DNA of 64,000 nucleotides from positions 33,350 to 97,349 of the forward strand of contig CAXNJO010000008.1 of NCBI GenBank assembly GCA_964202905.1, read 5' to 3'. A program made the position numbers and the translations under genes. Under the pieces are notes generated by a model. It searched no databases, was not told where the DNA came from, and worked only from the letters and a program-made list of their open reading frames with translations. Origin of the DNA: Polyangiales bacterium. Lineage in GTDB: Bacteria; Myxococcota_A; Polyangia; Polyangiales; JADJQN01. Numbering within the stretch: position 1 is the stretch's first letter; every line of letters begins with the position of its first letter. Below are positions 12,005 to 21,341 of this stretch, piece by piece.

Positions 12005-13242
12005 GCCGCTCCGCGCGCGTGTTCTGCGCGCTGGTCGCGGTCGCGGTCGCGGCTGGCGGCGTGGGCGTGGCCGCCGCGAGGCCCGTGCGCATCGGCCGCC
12101 TGACCACGCTGCCCTGGGGTTTCCGCGAGGCGCACCCCTGCGCGACGCTCGCCTGTGACGCGGGCCGCAGCGGACGCGTCCGCGGTCGCTTCCCGGCGGT
12201 CACACCCGTCCGTACCTGGCGCCACGTGACGAGCGAACCGGTCGCCGATCTCGGTCACGCGCACCCGCTCGTGCTCGCGGGGGAGCTCGTGGTCGTCGCA
12301 GGGGTCGGCGGGATCGAGGGCTTCACGCGCGGCGGGACACGCGCCTTCCATGCGGCCTACGGAGTGGCCGCGATGGCGCACGTCCCCGCGCTCACGCCGG
12401 GCGACGATCTCGTCGTGGCGACCACGCGCGGCGACGTCCTGCTCGTCACGCGCGAGGGCGTGGTGCGCGCGAGGGCGCGGGTGCCGGGCGGCGTGCGCGG
12501 CGCGCCGCTCGCGTTGGCGGATGGCACGATCGTGGTCGGCACCTCCGACGCGCTCGTCGGGCTCGACGCGGAGCTCGGTCCGCTGTTCGAGGTGCCGCTC
12601 CGGGGCGGGGCGAGCGGCGCGCCCGTCCTCACGCGCGAGGGCCGCGTCGCCGTGGGCGCGGGCGCCGACGTCGTCGTGACGGACGCCGAGGGGCGCGGCG
12701 CCTCGCGCAGCGAGCTCGCGGCGCGCATCGACGATCACGTCGCCGTCGCGCCCGACGGCACGCTCTGGGCGCGCGTCGCGACGGGGGAGCTGGTGGCGAT
12801 CGACCCCTCGGGCCACGCGCGCACCCGCGGCGCGGCAGGCCGCGCGGACGCGTTCGCGCCGGTCGTCGCGGCCGACGGCTCGCTGCGTGTCTTCGTGCGG
12901 ACGAGCGCGGGGCGCACCGCTCTCGCGGCGCTCGCGCCGACGGGCCGCGTCCTCTGGGAGCGTGCGCTCGACGGCGTGCCCCGCGGCGTCACGGTCGACG
13001 CGGAAGGCACGTCGATCGCCGCGATGCAGGCGCCGCTCCCGACGGGCCCCGGCACGACGAACGTCGCGCCCATCGGCGAGCTCGTCGCCATCGACCCGCA
13101 CGGCGAGGTCCTCTGGCGCGTCGTGACCGAGGGCGTCCCGTTCGACGCGCCGGTGCGCGGCGACGCGGGCGCGCTCTACGTGCTCGTCGCGCGCGAGCGC
13201 ACCGCCCTCGAGTGCTACGCCGCGCCCGAGCCGCCCGGCTGA
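12001..13242 (+). CDS. secreted PQQ-like beta-propeller repeat protein
   Basis: GTG 12001 (frame of track ORF 11596..13242) overlaps the kinase stop (GTGA). Signal-like VFCALVAVAVAAGGVGVAAA. Repeated blades (DGTIVVGTSDALVGLD, DGTLWARVATGELVAIDPSG, GELVAIDPHGEVLWRV). Confidence 0.8.
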
Positions 13243-13332
13243 GCGCGCACGGCGCGCACGCGCTGCGCCCGCCCCGAACACGCCTCGTCCGCTGTGCCCC
13301 GGAGACGAAACGCCGGTGCTACACCGCGCGCG

Positions 13333-14391
13333 ATGCACATCGCTGAGCTCGACTACGCGCTGCCCGAAGAACTCATCGCGAGCGAGCCCCTCGCCGAGCG
13401 CGACGCGGCGCGCCTGCTCGTCGTCGCGCGCGGCGTCGGCCCCGTCGCCGACGCGTCCGTGCGCGCGCTGCCCGGCCTGCTGCCGCCCGCGCTCTTCGTC
13501 GTGAACGACACGCGCGTGCTGCCCGCGCGCCTGCACGCGACGAAGGCGAGCGGCGGTCGCGTCGAGCTGCTGCTCGTGCGGCGCCTCTCGGACGCGGGCG
13601 CCGAGGAGCGCTGGGAGTCGATGGCGCGCGGGCTCAAGTCGCTGCGTGCGGGCACCGAACTGCGCGTGGGTGACGCGCTCGCGATCACGGTGCTCGGCCG
13701 CGTCGAGTCCGACACCGTCGAGGTCGCGCTGCGCAGCCTCGATGGTGCGCCCGTCGAGTCGACGCTCGCGCGCGTGGGCGAGCTGCCGCTGCCGCCCTAT
13801 CTGCGCCGCGAGGCGCGCCCGGAAGACGCCGAGCGCTACCAGACGGTCTTCGCGGCGCACACCGGCTCCGTCGCCGCGCCGACGGCGGGCTTGCACTTCT
13901 CGGAGCGCCTGCTCGCGGAGCTCGACGCGGCCGGGCATCGCCTGACGCGCGTCACGCTGCACGTCGGGCCGGGCACGTTCCTGCCGCTCCGCTCGGACGA
14001 TCTGCGCGAGCACCTCATGCACGCCGAGCACTACGAGGTGAGCGACGAGGCCGCGCGCGCCATCGCCGAGGCGCGCCGCGAGGGGCGGCCGATCGTCGCC
14101 GTCGGCACCACCGTCGTGCGCACGCTCGAGTCCGCCGCGAAGCAGGATGCGCAGGGTGCGTGGCACGTTCCCGCGGGTACGGGCGAGACGCGGCTGTTCC
14201 TGTATCCGCCCGCGGAGCTGCGCGTCGTCGACGCGCTCTTCACGAACTTCCACCTGCCGAAGAGCACGCTCCTCGCGCTCGTGATGGCGTTCGCCGGCGT
14301 CGAGCCCGTGCGCCGCGCCTACGCGCACGCCGTCCGCGAGCGCTATCGCTTCTTCAGCTACGGCGACGCGATGCTGCTCAAGCGCCCGTGA
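13333..14391 (+). CDS. queA: tRNA preQ1(34) S-adenosylmethionine ribosyltransferase-isomerase
   Basis: ATG 13333 (MHIAELDYALPEELIA...) inside track ORF 13294..14391. QueA blocks LPPYL, YQTVFA, GSVAAPTAGLHF, VGTTVVRTLES, NFHLPKSTLL. Confidence 0.95.
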   Translation: MHIAELDYALPEELIASEPLAERDAARLLVVARGVGPVADASVRALPGLLPPALFVVNDTRVLPARLHATKASGGRVELLLVRRLSDAGAEERWESMARGLKSLRAGTELRVGDALAITVLGRVESDTVEVALRSLDGAPVESTLARVGELPLPPYLRREARPEDAERYQTVFAAHTGSVAAPTAGLHFSERLLAELDAAGHRLTRVTLHVGPGTFLPLRSDDLREHLMHAEHYEVSDEAARAIAEARREGRPIVAVGTTVVRTLESAAKQDAQGAWHVPAGTGETRLFLYPPAELRVVDALFTNFHLPKSTLLALVMAFAGVEPVRRAYAHAVRERYRFFSYGDAMLLKRP

Positions 14392-14446
14392 AGGCGGCCG
14401 CGCGCGAGGTGCGCGTGCCTGCGCCGCTGCTACACCGCGCGGCGCG

Positions 14447-15590
14447 ATGACGCTCCCGACGCCCGGCTTTTTCTTCGAGATCACCGCGCGTGACGGCGAT
14501 GCGCGTGCGGGCCGCTTCACGACGCCGCGCGCCGTCGTCGAGACGCCCGTCTTCATGCCCGTCGGCACGCAGGCGACGGTCAAATCGCAGACGCCCGCCG
14601 AGGTCGCCGCGACGGGCGCGCGCCTGATCCTCGCGAACACCTACCACCTCTGGCTGCGCCCCACGGCCGAGCGCGTGCGCCACTTCGGCGGCGTGCAGCG
14701 CTTCATGCGCTGGCCCCACGCGATGCTCACCGACTCGGGCGGCTATCAGGTCTTCTCGCTCGCCGATCTCCGCACCATCGACGACGAGGGCGTCACCTTC
14801 AAGTCGCACCTCGACGGCGCGCGCATGCGGCTCACGCCCGAGGAGTCGATGCGCGTGCAGGCGCTGCTCGGCTCCGACGTCGCGATGGTGCTCGACGTCT
14901 GCCCGCCCGGCGGCGCCGAGCGTCGCGTGATCGAGGACGCGATGCGCCGCACCACGGCGTGGGCCGCGCGCTGTCTCGCCGTGCCCGCGGCCGAGGGGCA
15001 GGCGCGCTTCGGCATCGTGCAGGGCGGCGCGCACGCGGATCTGCGGCTCGCGCACCTCGCCGACATCGCCGCCTTGCCCTTCGACGGAATCGCGCTCGGC
15101 GGCTACTCGGTGGGCGAGCCGATCCCCTCGATGTACGAGGGATTTTCGCGCGTCGTTCCCGCGCTCCCGCAAGAAAAACCACGTTATGTGATGGGGGTCG
15201 GCACGCCCTACGATCTGCTGCACGGCATGGGCGCGGGCGTCGATCTCTTCGACTGCGTGCTGCCGACGCGCAACGCGCGCAACGGGCAGGCGCTCACCTG
15301 GGGCGGCCGCGTGAACCTCAAGCAGGCGCGGCACCGCGACGACGAATCGCCGCTCGACGCGCTCTGCGAGTGCCCCGTGTGCACCACCGTATTCGCGCGG
15401 CTATCTGCGCCACCTCACCGTCGCCAAGGAGATGCTCGGCGCGCGGCTCGTCACCGAGCACAACCTGCACTTCTACGGCGCCCTCACGCGCGCGGCGCGC
15501 GTCGCCATCCGCGAGCAGCGCTACGGCGCGTGGTCGGCCGAGACCGCCGCGCGGATGCGCGCGGGCGACGAGATCGGCAAGGGCGCGTAG
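14447..15590 (+). pseudogene. tgt: queuine tRNA-ribosyltransferase, interrupted by a +1 frame change near 15389 (real pseudogene or consensus error)
   Basis: Track ORF 14447..16483 is Tgt-like up to ...[11 protein letters not shown] (TPVFMPVGT, LANTYHL, TDSGGYQV, GGYSVGE), then turns into Arg-rich nonsense. The expected C-terminus [48 protein letters not shown]...GKGA* is read from 15390 in the next frame, ending at TAG 15588-15590. Confidence 0.9.
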
Positions 15591-15686
15591 CGCGCGTCAC
15601 GGTCGCGTTGCAGGGACGCGACGAGGCGCGGAATCCCGCGTCGGCGCCCCCCGACGCGCCGCGCAGTCGCGCTACCGTCGCGCCCG

Positions 15687-17439
15687 ATGCCGCATCTCCC
15701 TCGCTCGCTCCGGCCCCGTCACGCCGCGCTCGCCGTCTTCGTCGCGCTCGCCACCACGCTCGCGGTGACGCTCGCGGGCTGCCCTCCTGCGCGTCCGCCC
15801 GTCACGCCGCGCGCGTCGTCGCCGCGTGCGTTGCACCCGCTCGCGTGGCCGCGCCCGGCACCGCTCGTCGTCGTCGTGGTCTACGACCAGCTCGGCGCAG
15901 CGACGCTCGAGCGGCATCTGCCGCAGCTTGCGCCCGATGGCCTGATCCGTTCGACGATGGCCGCGGGCAGCACCGTGTGGACCGCGCGCTACCCGTACGC
16001 CGCGACGTACACCGCGCCCGGCCACGCCGCGATCTTCACGGGCGCGGCGCCCGAGCGCTCGGGCATCGCCGCGAACAAGGTCTGGGACCGCGCGCGCGGC
16101 AAGCGCATCTCCGCGGTCGACGACGCGACGCATCCCGTGATCGGCCGCGAGGGCGCCTTCGCCTCACCGGAGACGCTGCGCGTCTCCACGGTGGGCGATG
16201 TGCTGCGCGCAGCGACGGCCGATCGCGCGCAGGTCGTCGCGCTCTCCCTCAAGGATCGCAGCGCCGTGCTGCCGGGCGGGCACCGCGCCTCGCTCGCGCT
16301 CTGGTTCGATCGCGAGGCGCACGCCTTCACGACCTCGACGTACTACGCGCCGGCCGTGCCCGCGTGGGTCGGTGCGTTCGCCGCCGCGCATCCGCTCGAT
16401 CCGTCGATCGTCGCGTGGGAGCCCGCGGATCCGGCGCTCCTCGCGCGCGTGCTCGGCCCCGACGACGCCGCGGGCGAGGGTGACTGGGAGGGCTACGGCC
16501 GCACCTTCCCGCATCGCCCCGGCGCGAGCCGCGATCCGTGGGAGGCGCTGCTCGCGACGCCGATGGCCGGCGAGGCCTTGCTCGCGCTCGCCGCCGAGTC
16601 CGCGCGCGCGCTCGCGCTCGGTGACGATGCGACGCCCGATCTGCTCGCGATCTCGCTGAGCAACGTCGACTACGTGGGCCACACCTTCGGCCCGGATTCG
16701 TGGGAATACCTCGACAACCTCATTCGCACCGATCGCGCCGCGGGCGCCTTCGTGCGTGCGCTCGCTGCGCGTCGCGAGGTCTCCGTGCTCATCACCGCCG
16801 ACCACGGCGCCGCGCCCCTCGCCGAGCACGCGTCGGGCACCGCGCGCGAAGGCGCACGCCTGCTGCCTGCGATGCTCGCCGAGCGCGCCGGAGGCTGCGT
16901 GCGACGCCGCGCTCGGCCCGGGCACTTGGGTCGACGCCTTCGTGCAGCCCTTCGTCTACCTCTCCGAGACGGCGAAGCAGCCCGCGCACCGCGACCGCGC
17001 CGTCGCCGCCGTGCGCACCGCGCTCGCCGCGCTGCCGGGCGTCCATTCCGTCCACGACGTGCGCGACGCCGAGCGCCTCCGCGCGAGCACGGTGCCGCTC
17101 GAGCGCGCCGTGGGCCTGAGCCTCCCGCCACAGCCGCCCGGCGAGCTCTTCCTCGTCCCCGCGGAGGGCAGCGTCATCGACGAAGAGGTCCCTGCAGGCG
17201 CCGGCACGAGCCACGGCTCGCCGTGGGACTACGACACCCACGTCCCCGTCGTCTTCGCGGGCCCCGGCATCGCGCACACCACCTCGCGTGATGTCATCGA
17301 TCAGCGCCGCGTCGCCGCGACGATCGCCGGCCTCCTCGGCATCGCCGCCGAGTGGGCCGAGCAATGCGCGTCGGAATCGCGCCCCGCCGAGACCCCGTTG
17401 CCCGGCGCGCCCGGGCTGCCGGAGCTGCACGGGGAGTGA
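15687..17439 (+). pseudogene. alkaline phosphatase / nucleotide pyrophosphatase (type I phosphodiesterase) family lipoprotein, interrupted by a 1-nt frame change near 16887-16890
   Basis: N-terminal 400 aa lie in track ORF 15687..17291: lipobox TLAGC, YPYAATYTAPGHAAIFTG, SNVDYVGHTFGPDS, VLITADHG. The C-terminus continues in track ORF 16756..17439 from ...EAACDAALGPGTWVDAFVQPFVYL... to GTSHGSPWDYDTHVPVVFAGPGI. Junction gag cgc GCCG gag gct. Confidence 0.85.
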
Positions 17440-17507
17440 TCTCGCGGTGTCGGCGGCGGAGCGCGAGGAAGACGGCGCACGCGAGGGACTTGCCGAGGCG
17501 ACCTCCC

Positions 17508-17672
17508 TCAGCGTCGTACGCCCTGGATCATGAGCGCGATGCCCGGCTCGAGCGCCTTCGGCAGCGTCACCTCGCGCGGGACCGTCCTTCGCGGCGCCGC
17601 CTCCCAGAAGCTCCAGCCCCGCGCGACGTCGAGCAACTCCTCCGGATCCCTGGTGTCGACTCCGTTCGACAC
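17508..17672 (-). pseudogene. short remnant resembling the N-terminus of a COG1373/AAA_14-type ATPase, stopping just before the P-loop
   Basis: 54-codon minus-strand ORF, below the track cut-off: (V)SNGVDTRDPEELLDVARGWSFWEAAPRRTVPREVTLPKALEPGIALMIQGVRR*. It ends where such ATPases continue G(V/P)RRxGKS(T). A GRLGKS string follows in another frame. Identification rests on motif memory only. Confidence 0.25.
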
Positions 17673-17710
17673 CGCGCTTCGTGTCAACGGCAGTCGTCGC
17701 GGAGCACGGC

Positions 17711-17726
17711 GTCGACTCGAGTCGAC
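17711..17726. terminator. perfect 16-bp palindrome GTCGACTCGAGTCGAC between convergent genes (possible bidirectional terminator or operator)
   Basis: Read directly. Lies 28 nt past the stop (17754) of the minus-strand gene. A second hairpin, ggtgtcga-ctccgt-tcgacacc, sits at 17652-17673 and shares the GTCGACACC motif. Confidence 0.3.
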
Positions 17727-17753
17727 ACCTTCGCGGACTGGGCGCCACGCCGC

Positions 17754-18113
17754 TCAGCCCCGCTCGCGCAACTCGTCCCAATGCGTGGCGTCGTCGCCGA
17801 GCCGCGACCACGCGGCGTGCGCCTCGGCCTCGCTCAGGTAGCCCTGCCGCCACGCGAGCCAGCCGGGCTCCGCGCGGAGGCCTGCGAGGATGGCGTCGGG
17901 GAGGAACGCGCACACCGGCGCCCAGAGCGGCGCCATCGCGAGCATCACGACGTGCCCTGTGAGGCCGCCGAGCCAGCTTTTGCCGAGCACGCCCCAGCGC
18001 AGCCAGGGCACGACGGGCGGGAGCACTCGCCGCAACCGCCACGTGCTCTGCGCGGTGCGTGCCATGCACACGAGCCAACTCAACAACCACAACCCCGCGA
18101 CGATCCGAGCCAT
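17754..18113 (-). CDS. small hypothetical membrane protein (119 aa)
   Basis: C-terminal end of track ORF 17754..21227, from ATG 18113: MARIVAGLWLLSWLVCMART...GHVVMLAMAPLWAPVCAFLPDAILAGL...HWDELRERG. Two or three hydrophobic segments, Trp-rich. The rest of that ORF is antisense to purH/purD. Confidence 0.5.
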   Translation of the reverse strand: MARIVAGLWLLSWLVCMARTAQSTWRLRRVLPPVVPWLRWGVLGKSWLGGLTGHVVMLAMAPLWAPVCAFLPDAILAGLRAEPGWLAWRQGYLSEAEAHAAWSRLGDDATHWDELRERG

Positions 18114-18269
18114 GCGCGCGACGCTATCGAACGGGCTGCCCGTCGACAAGCGCTCCCCGGGCACCCGCACTGAACCGCGGCGGATCCTCCGCAACGACGC
18201 GTTCACGGCGCACGACGCCGGTTGACGGCGCCGACGCTGCGCGGTACGCGGCGCCGCGAAGGAGTCTCC

Positions 18270-19853
18270 ATGGCCCGCCCTGAACGCGCTCTGCTCTCCG
18301 TCTCCGACAAGTCCGGCCTCGTCCCGTTTGCGCAGGCCCTCGCCCGCGCGGGCGTCGAGCTGCTCTCCACCGGCGGCACGGCGAAGGCGCTGCGCGACGC
18401 CGGCCTCACGGTGATCGACGTGTCCGAGTACACGCAGAGCCCGGAGATCATGGACGGCCGCGTGAAGACGCTGCACCCGCGCGTGCACGGCGGTCTGCTC
18501 ATGCGCGAGCGCGACGACGACCGCGCGCAGCTCGCGAGCATCGGCGGCCAGCCGATCGACCTCGTCGTCGTGAACCTCTACCCCTTCGAGCAGACGGTCG
18601 CGCGCGGCGCGGCCTTCGACGAGGTGATCGAGAACATCGACATCGGAGGGCCCTCGATGTTGCGCAGCGCCGCGAAGAACCACGCGCGCGTCACGGTCGT
18701 CGTCGATCCGGCCGACTACGCGCTCGTCACGGCGGCGCTCGACACCGCCGACGGCTGCCCCGATGCGGTCGCGCGGCGCCGGCTCGCGGCGAAGGTCTTC
18801 ACGCACACGGCGGCCTACGACGGCGCCATCGCGGGCTACCTCACCTCGGTGGGCGACGACGTCGAAGCGCCGCGCGCGGCCTTCCCGGGCACGCTCTCGC
18901 TCTCCTTCGAGAAGGCGTACGGGCTGCGCTACGGCGAGAACCCGCATCAGCAGGGCGCCTTCTACATCGAGCGCGGCGCGGCCGAGGGCACGCTCGCGCG
19001 GGCGCAGTCGATCGGCGCGGGCGGCAAGGAGCTCAGCTTCAACAACCTCGTCGATTGCGACGCGGCGCTCGAGTGCGTACGCGAGCTGATCGGCCCCGCG
19101 GCCGTGGTCGTGAAACACACGAACCCGTGCGGCGTCGCGACGGGCGCGGACCTCGCCGAGGCCTACCGCGCCGCGCGCGAGGCCGACGCGCTGAGCGCCT
19201 TCGGCGGCATCGTCGCGCTGAACCGCACCGTCGATCGCGCGACGGCGGCGCTGCTCCTCGAGACCTTCCTCGAGTGCGTGGTCGCGCCGGCGTATGACGA
19301 CGACGCGCTCGCGCTGCTGCACGGCAAGAAGAACCTGCGCCTGCTCGCGACGGGCGCGTGGCTGCCCGCGACGTACGCCGAGCGCACGTGGAAGCGCGTC
19401 AACGGCGGTCTCGTCGTTCAGGGCCGCGACGCGACCGGCGGCGACGAGGTCTGCGACGCGAAGGTCGTCACGCGCCGCGCGCCGACGCCGGACGAGCTGC
19501 GCGGCCTCGACTTCGCGTGGCGCGTCTCCAAGCACGTGAAGTCGAACGCCATCGTGCTCGCGCATGCGGGCGAGGGCGCTGCGGCGCGCACGGTGGGCGT
19601 CGGCGCGGGGCAGATGTCGCGCGTCGTCAGCGTGCAGATCGCCTGCGAGAAGGCGGGCGCGCTCACGAAGGGCGCGGTGCTCGCGAGCGACGCGTTCTTC
19701 CCGTTCGCCGATGGCCTCGAGGCCGCCGCGCGTGCAGGCGTGACGGCCGTCGCACAGCCGGGCGGATCGGTGAAGGACGCCGACGTCATCGCCGCGGCCG
19801 ACGCCGCGGATGTCGCGATGGTCTTCACGGGCTTCCGGCACTTCCGCCACTGA
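18270..19853 (+). CDS. purH: bifunctional AICAR formyltransferase / IMP cyclohydrolase
   Basis: ATG 18270 (MARPERALLSVSDKSGL...) in track ORF 18222..19853, preceded by GAAGGAG. PurH blocks STGGTAK, GRVKTLHP, VVNLYPF, IDIGGPSMLRSAAKN, VVKHTNPCG, FFPFADG. Confidence 0.95.
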   Translation: MARPERALLSVSDKSGLVPFAQALARAGVELLSTGGTAKALRDAGLTVIDVSEYTQSPEIMDGRVKTLHPRVHGGLLMRERDDDRAQLASIGGQPIDLVVVNLYPFEQTVARGAAFDEVIENIDIGGPSMLRSAAKNHARVTVVVDPADYALVTAALDTADGCPDAVARRRLAAKVFTHTAAYDGAIAGYLTSVGDDVEAPRAAFPGTLSLSFEKAYGLRYGENPHQQGAFYIERGAAEGTLARAQSIGAGGKELSFNNLVDCDAALECVRELIGPAAVVVKHTNPCGVATGADLAEAYRAAREADALSAFGGIVALNRTVDRATAALLLETFLECVVAPAYDDDALALLHGKKNLRLLATGAWLPATYAERTWKRVNGGLVVQGRDATGGDEVCDAKVVTRRAPTPDELRGLDFAWRVSKHVKSNAIVLAHAGEGAAARTVGVGAGQMSRVVSVQIACEKAGALTKGAVLASDAFFPFADGLEAAARAGVTAVAQPGGSVKDADVIAAADAADVAMVFTGFRHFRH

Positions 19854-19854
19854 G

Positions 19855-19939
19855 TTGCAGGCGTGAACGGCTTGCAGAAGTGACTGCATTGCAGATGTGA
19901 TGGAATTGCAGGAGTGACTGCTTTGCAGGAGAGCGACAT
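19855..19939 (+). repeat. five phased 17-bp direct repeats (TTGCAGnnGTGAnnGnn) filling the purH-purD spacer
   Basis: Units start at 19855, 19872, 19889, 19906 and 19923: TTGCAGGCGTGAACGGC / TTGCAGAAGTGACTGCA / TTGCAGATGTGATGGAA / TTGCAGGAGTGACTGCT / TTGCAGGAGAGCGACAT. Local G+C is clearly below the flanks. Confidence 0.9.
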
Positions 19940-19970
19940 GTCGAGCGTGCCATCGTCGGAGTCGGCGCGG

Positions 19971-21245
19971 ATGAAGGTCCTCGTCGTCGGCAGCGGCGCG
20001 CGCGAGCACGCGCTCGCGTGGCGCATCGCGGAGTCGCCGCGCGTCTCGGAGGTGCTCTGCGCGCCGGGAAACCCGGGCACGCGCGCCGTCGCGACGAACG
20101 TCGCCGTCGAGGCGGGGGATGTCGTCGGCCTCGTGAAGCTCGCGCGCGAGCAGGGGGTCGGGCTCGTCGTCGTCGGCCCCGAGGCGCCGCTCGTCGCGGG
20201 GCTCGTCGACGCGCTCGCGGCGGTCGGGATTCCGGCGTTCGGTCCTTCGCGCGCGGCGGCCGAGCTCGAGGGCTCGAAGGTGCTCGCGAAGGAGCTGATG
20301 GCGAAGTACGGCGTGCCGACGGCCGACTTCCGCGTCTTCGACGACCCGGACGCGGCGACGGCCTACGTGCGGGCCTGCGCGCGCCCGCTCGTTGTGAAGG
20401 CCGATGGGCTCGCGGCGGGCAAGGGCGTGGTCGTCGCGAAGGACGCCGCCGAGGCCATCGCCGCGATCGACGCGATGATGCGCGAGCGCATCTACAGCGA
20501 CGCGGGGCGGCGCGTCGTCGTCGAAGAGGTGCTCGTCGGCGAAGAGGTCAGCTACCACGTCGTCTCGGACGGGACGCGCTACGTCGCGCTCGCCGCCGCG
20601 CAGGATCACAAGCGCCTCGGCGACGGCGATGTGGGGCCCAACACGGGCGGCATGGGCGCGTACTCGCCGCCGCCCGTCGTGACGCCCGAGGTCGAGCAGA
20701 AGATCCTCACGCGCGTGATCGAGCCGATGCTCGCGGGGCTGCGCGCCGAGGGCCGCGTGTTCCGCGGCGCGCTCTTCGCGGGCGTGATGGTCGTCGCGGG
20801 CGAGCCGCTCACGCTCGAGTACAACGTCCGCTTTGGGGACCCGGAGTGCGAGGCGCTGATGGCCCGCTTCGACGGCGACCTCGTGCCGCTGTTGCTCGGC
20901 GCGGCGCGCGGCGACCTCGGCGATGTGCGACCGACGTTCGGCGCGGGCGCGGCGCTCTGCGTGGTGCTCGCGGCCGCGGGCTATCCGGTGCGCGTGCGGA
21001 GCGGCGACGCGATCCGCGGGCTCGACGACGTCGCGTCGGCCGCGCCGGGCGCGCGCGTCTTCCACGCGGGGACGCGCCTCGACGGGGATGTGCTGCGCAC
21101 GAGCGGCGGGCGCGTGCTCACGGTGTGCGCGGCGGGCGCGACGCTCGACGCAGCCGCGGCGCTCGCCTACCGCGCCGCGGACGCGATCGACTTCGACGGC
21201 AAGCAGCTGCGCCGCGACATCGGGCACCGCGCGCGCACGCGCTGA
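19971..21245 (+). CDS. purD: phosphoribosylamine-glycine ligase
   Basis: Track ORF 19914..21245. ATG 19971 gives the canonical MKVLVVGSGAREHAL N-terminus. The alternative ATG 19938 (MSSVPSSESAR-MKV...) has the better SD (AGGAGA, inside repeat unit 5). Blocks: APGNPG, GPNTGGMGAYSP, EYNVRFGDPE. Confidence 0.93.
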   Translation: MKVLVVGSGAREHALAWRIAESPRVSEVLCAPGNPGTRAVATNVAVEAGDVVGLVKLAREQGVGLVVVGPEAPLVAGLVDALAAVGIPAFGPSRAAAELEGSKVLAKELMAKYGVPTADFRVFDDPDAATAYVRACARPLVVKADGLAAGKGVVVAKDAAEAIAAIDAMMRERIYSDAGRRVVVEEVLVGEEVSYHVVSDGTRYVALAAAQDHKRLGDGDVGPNTGGMGAYSPPPVVTPEVEQKILTRVIEPMLAGLRAEGRVFRGALFAGVMVVAGEPLTLEYNVRFGDPECEALMARFDGDLVPLLLGAARGDLGDVRPTFGAGAALCVVLAAAGYPVRVRSGDAIRGLDDVASAAPGARVFHAGTRLDGDVLRTSGGRVLTVCAAGATLDAAAALAYRAADAIDFDGKQLRRDIGHRARTR

Positions 21246-21341
21246 GCGCCGCGCGCTGCGCCCCGCCGCACGCCCCGCAGCGCGCTTGTGCGGGCCTGCG
21301 GCGCGTGCGATTTTGCGTGTTTCCCACTAGGAGCCGAGCCC

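Noticed and set aside
17711-17726. GTCGACTCGAGTCGAC (SalI-XhoI-SalI) as a synthetic linker or cloning artefact.
   Set aside because: These GC-rich hexamers are frequent in a ~72% G+C genome. The flanks contain further natural copies of GTCGACACC, and no vector-like sequence is nearby. It is more simply a native palindrome or terminator.
19855-19939. The 17-bp repeat array as a CRISPR array or as stacked sigma54 promoters (TTGCA resembles the -12 element).
   Set aside because: The units are contiguous with no unique spacers, and 17 bp is too short for CRISPR repeats. No GG dinucleotide lies about 10-11 nt upstream of the GC of TTGCA with the spacing required for a -24/-12 promoter.
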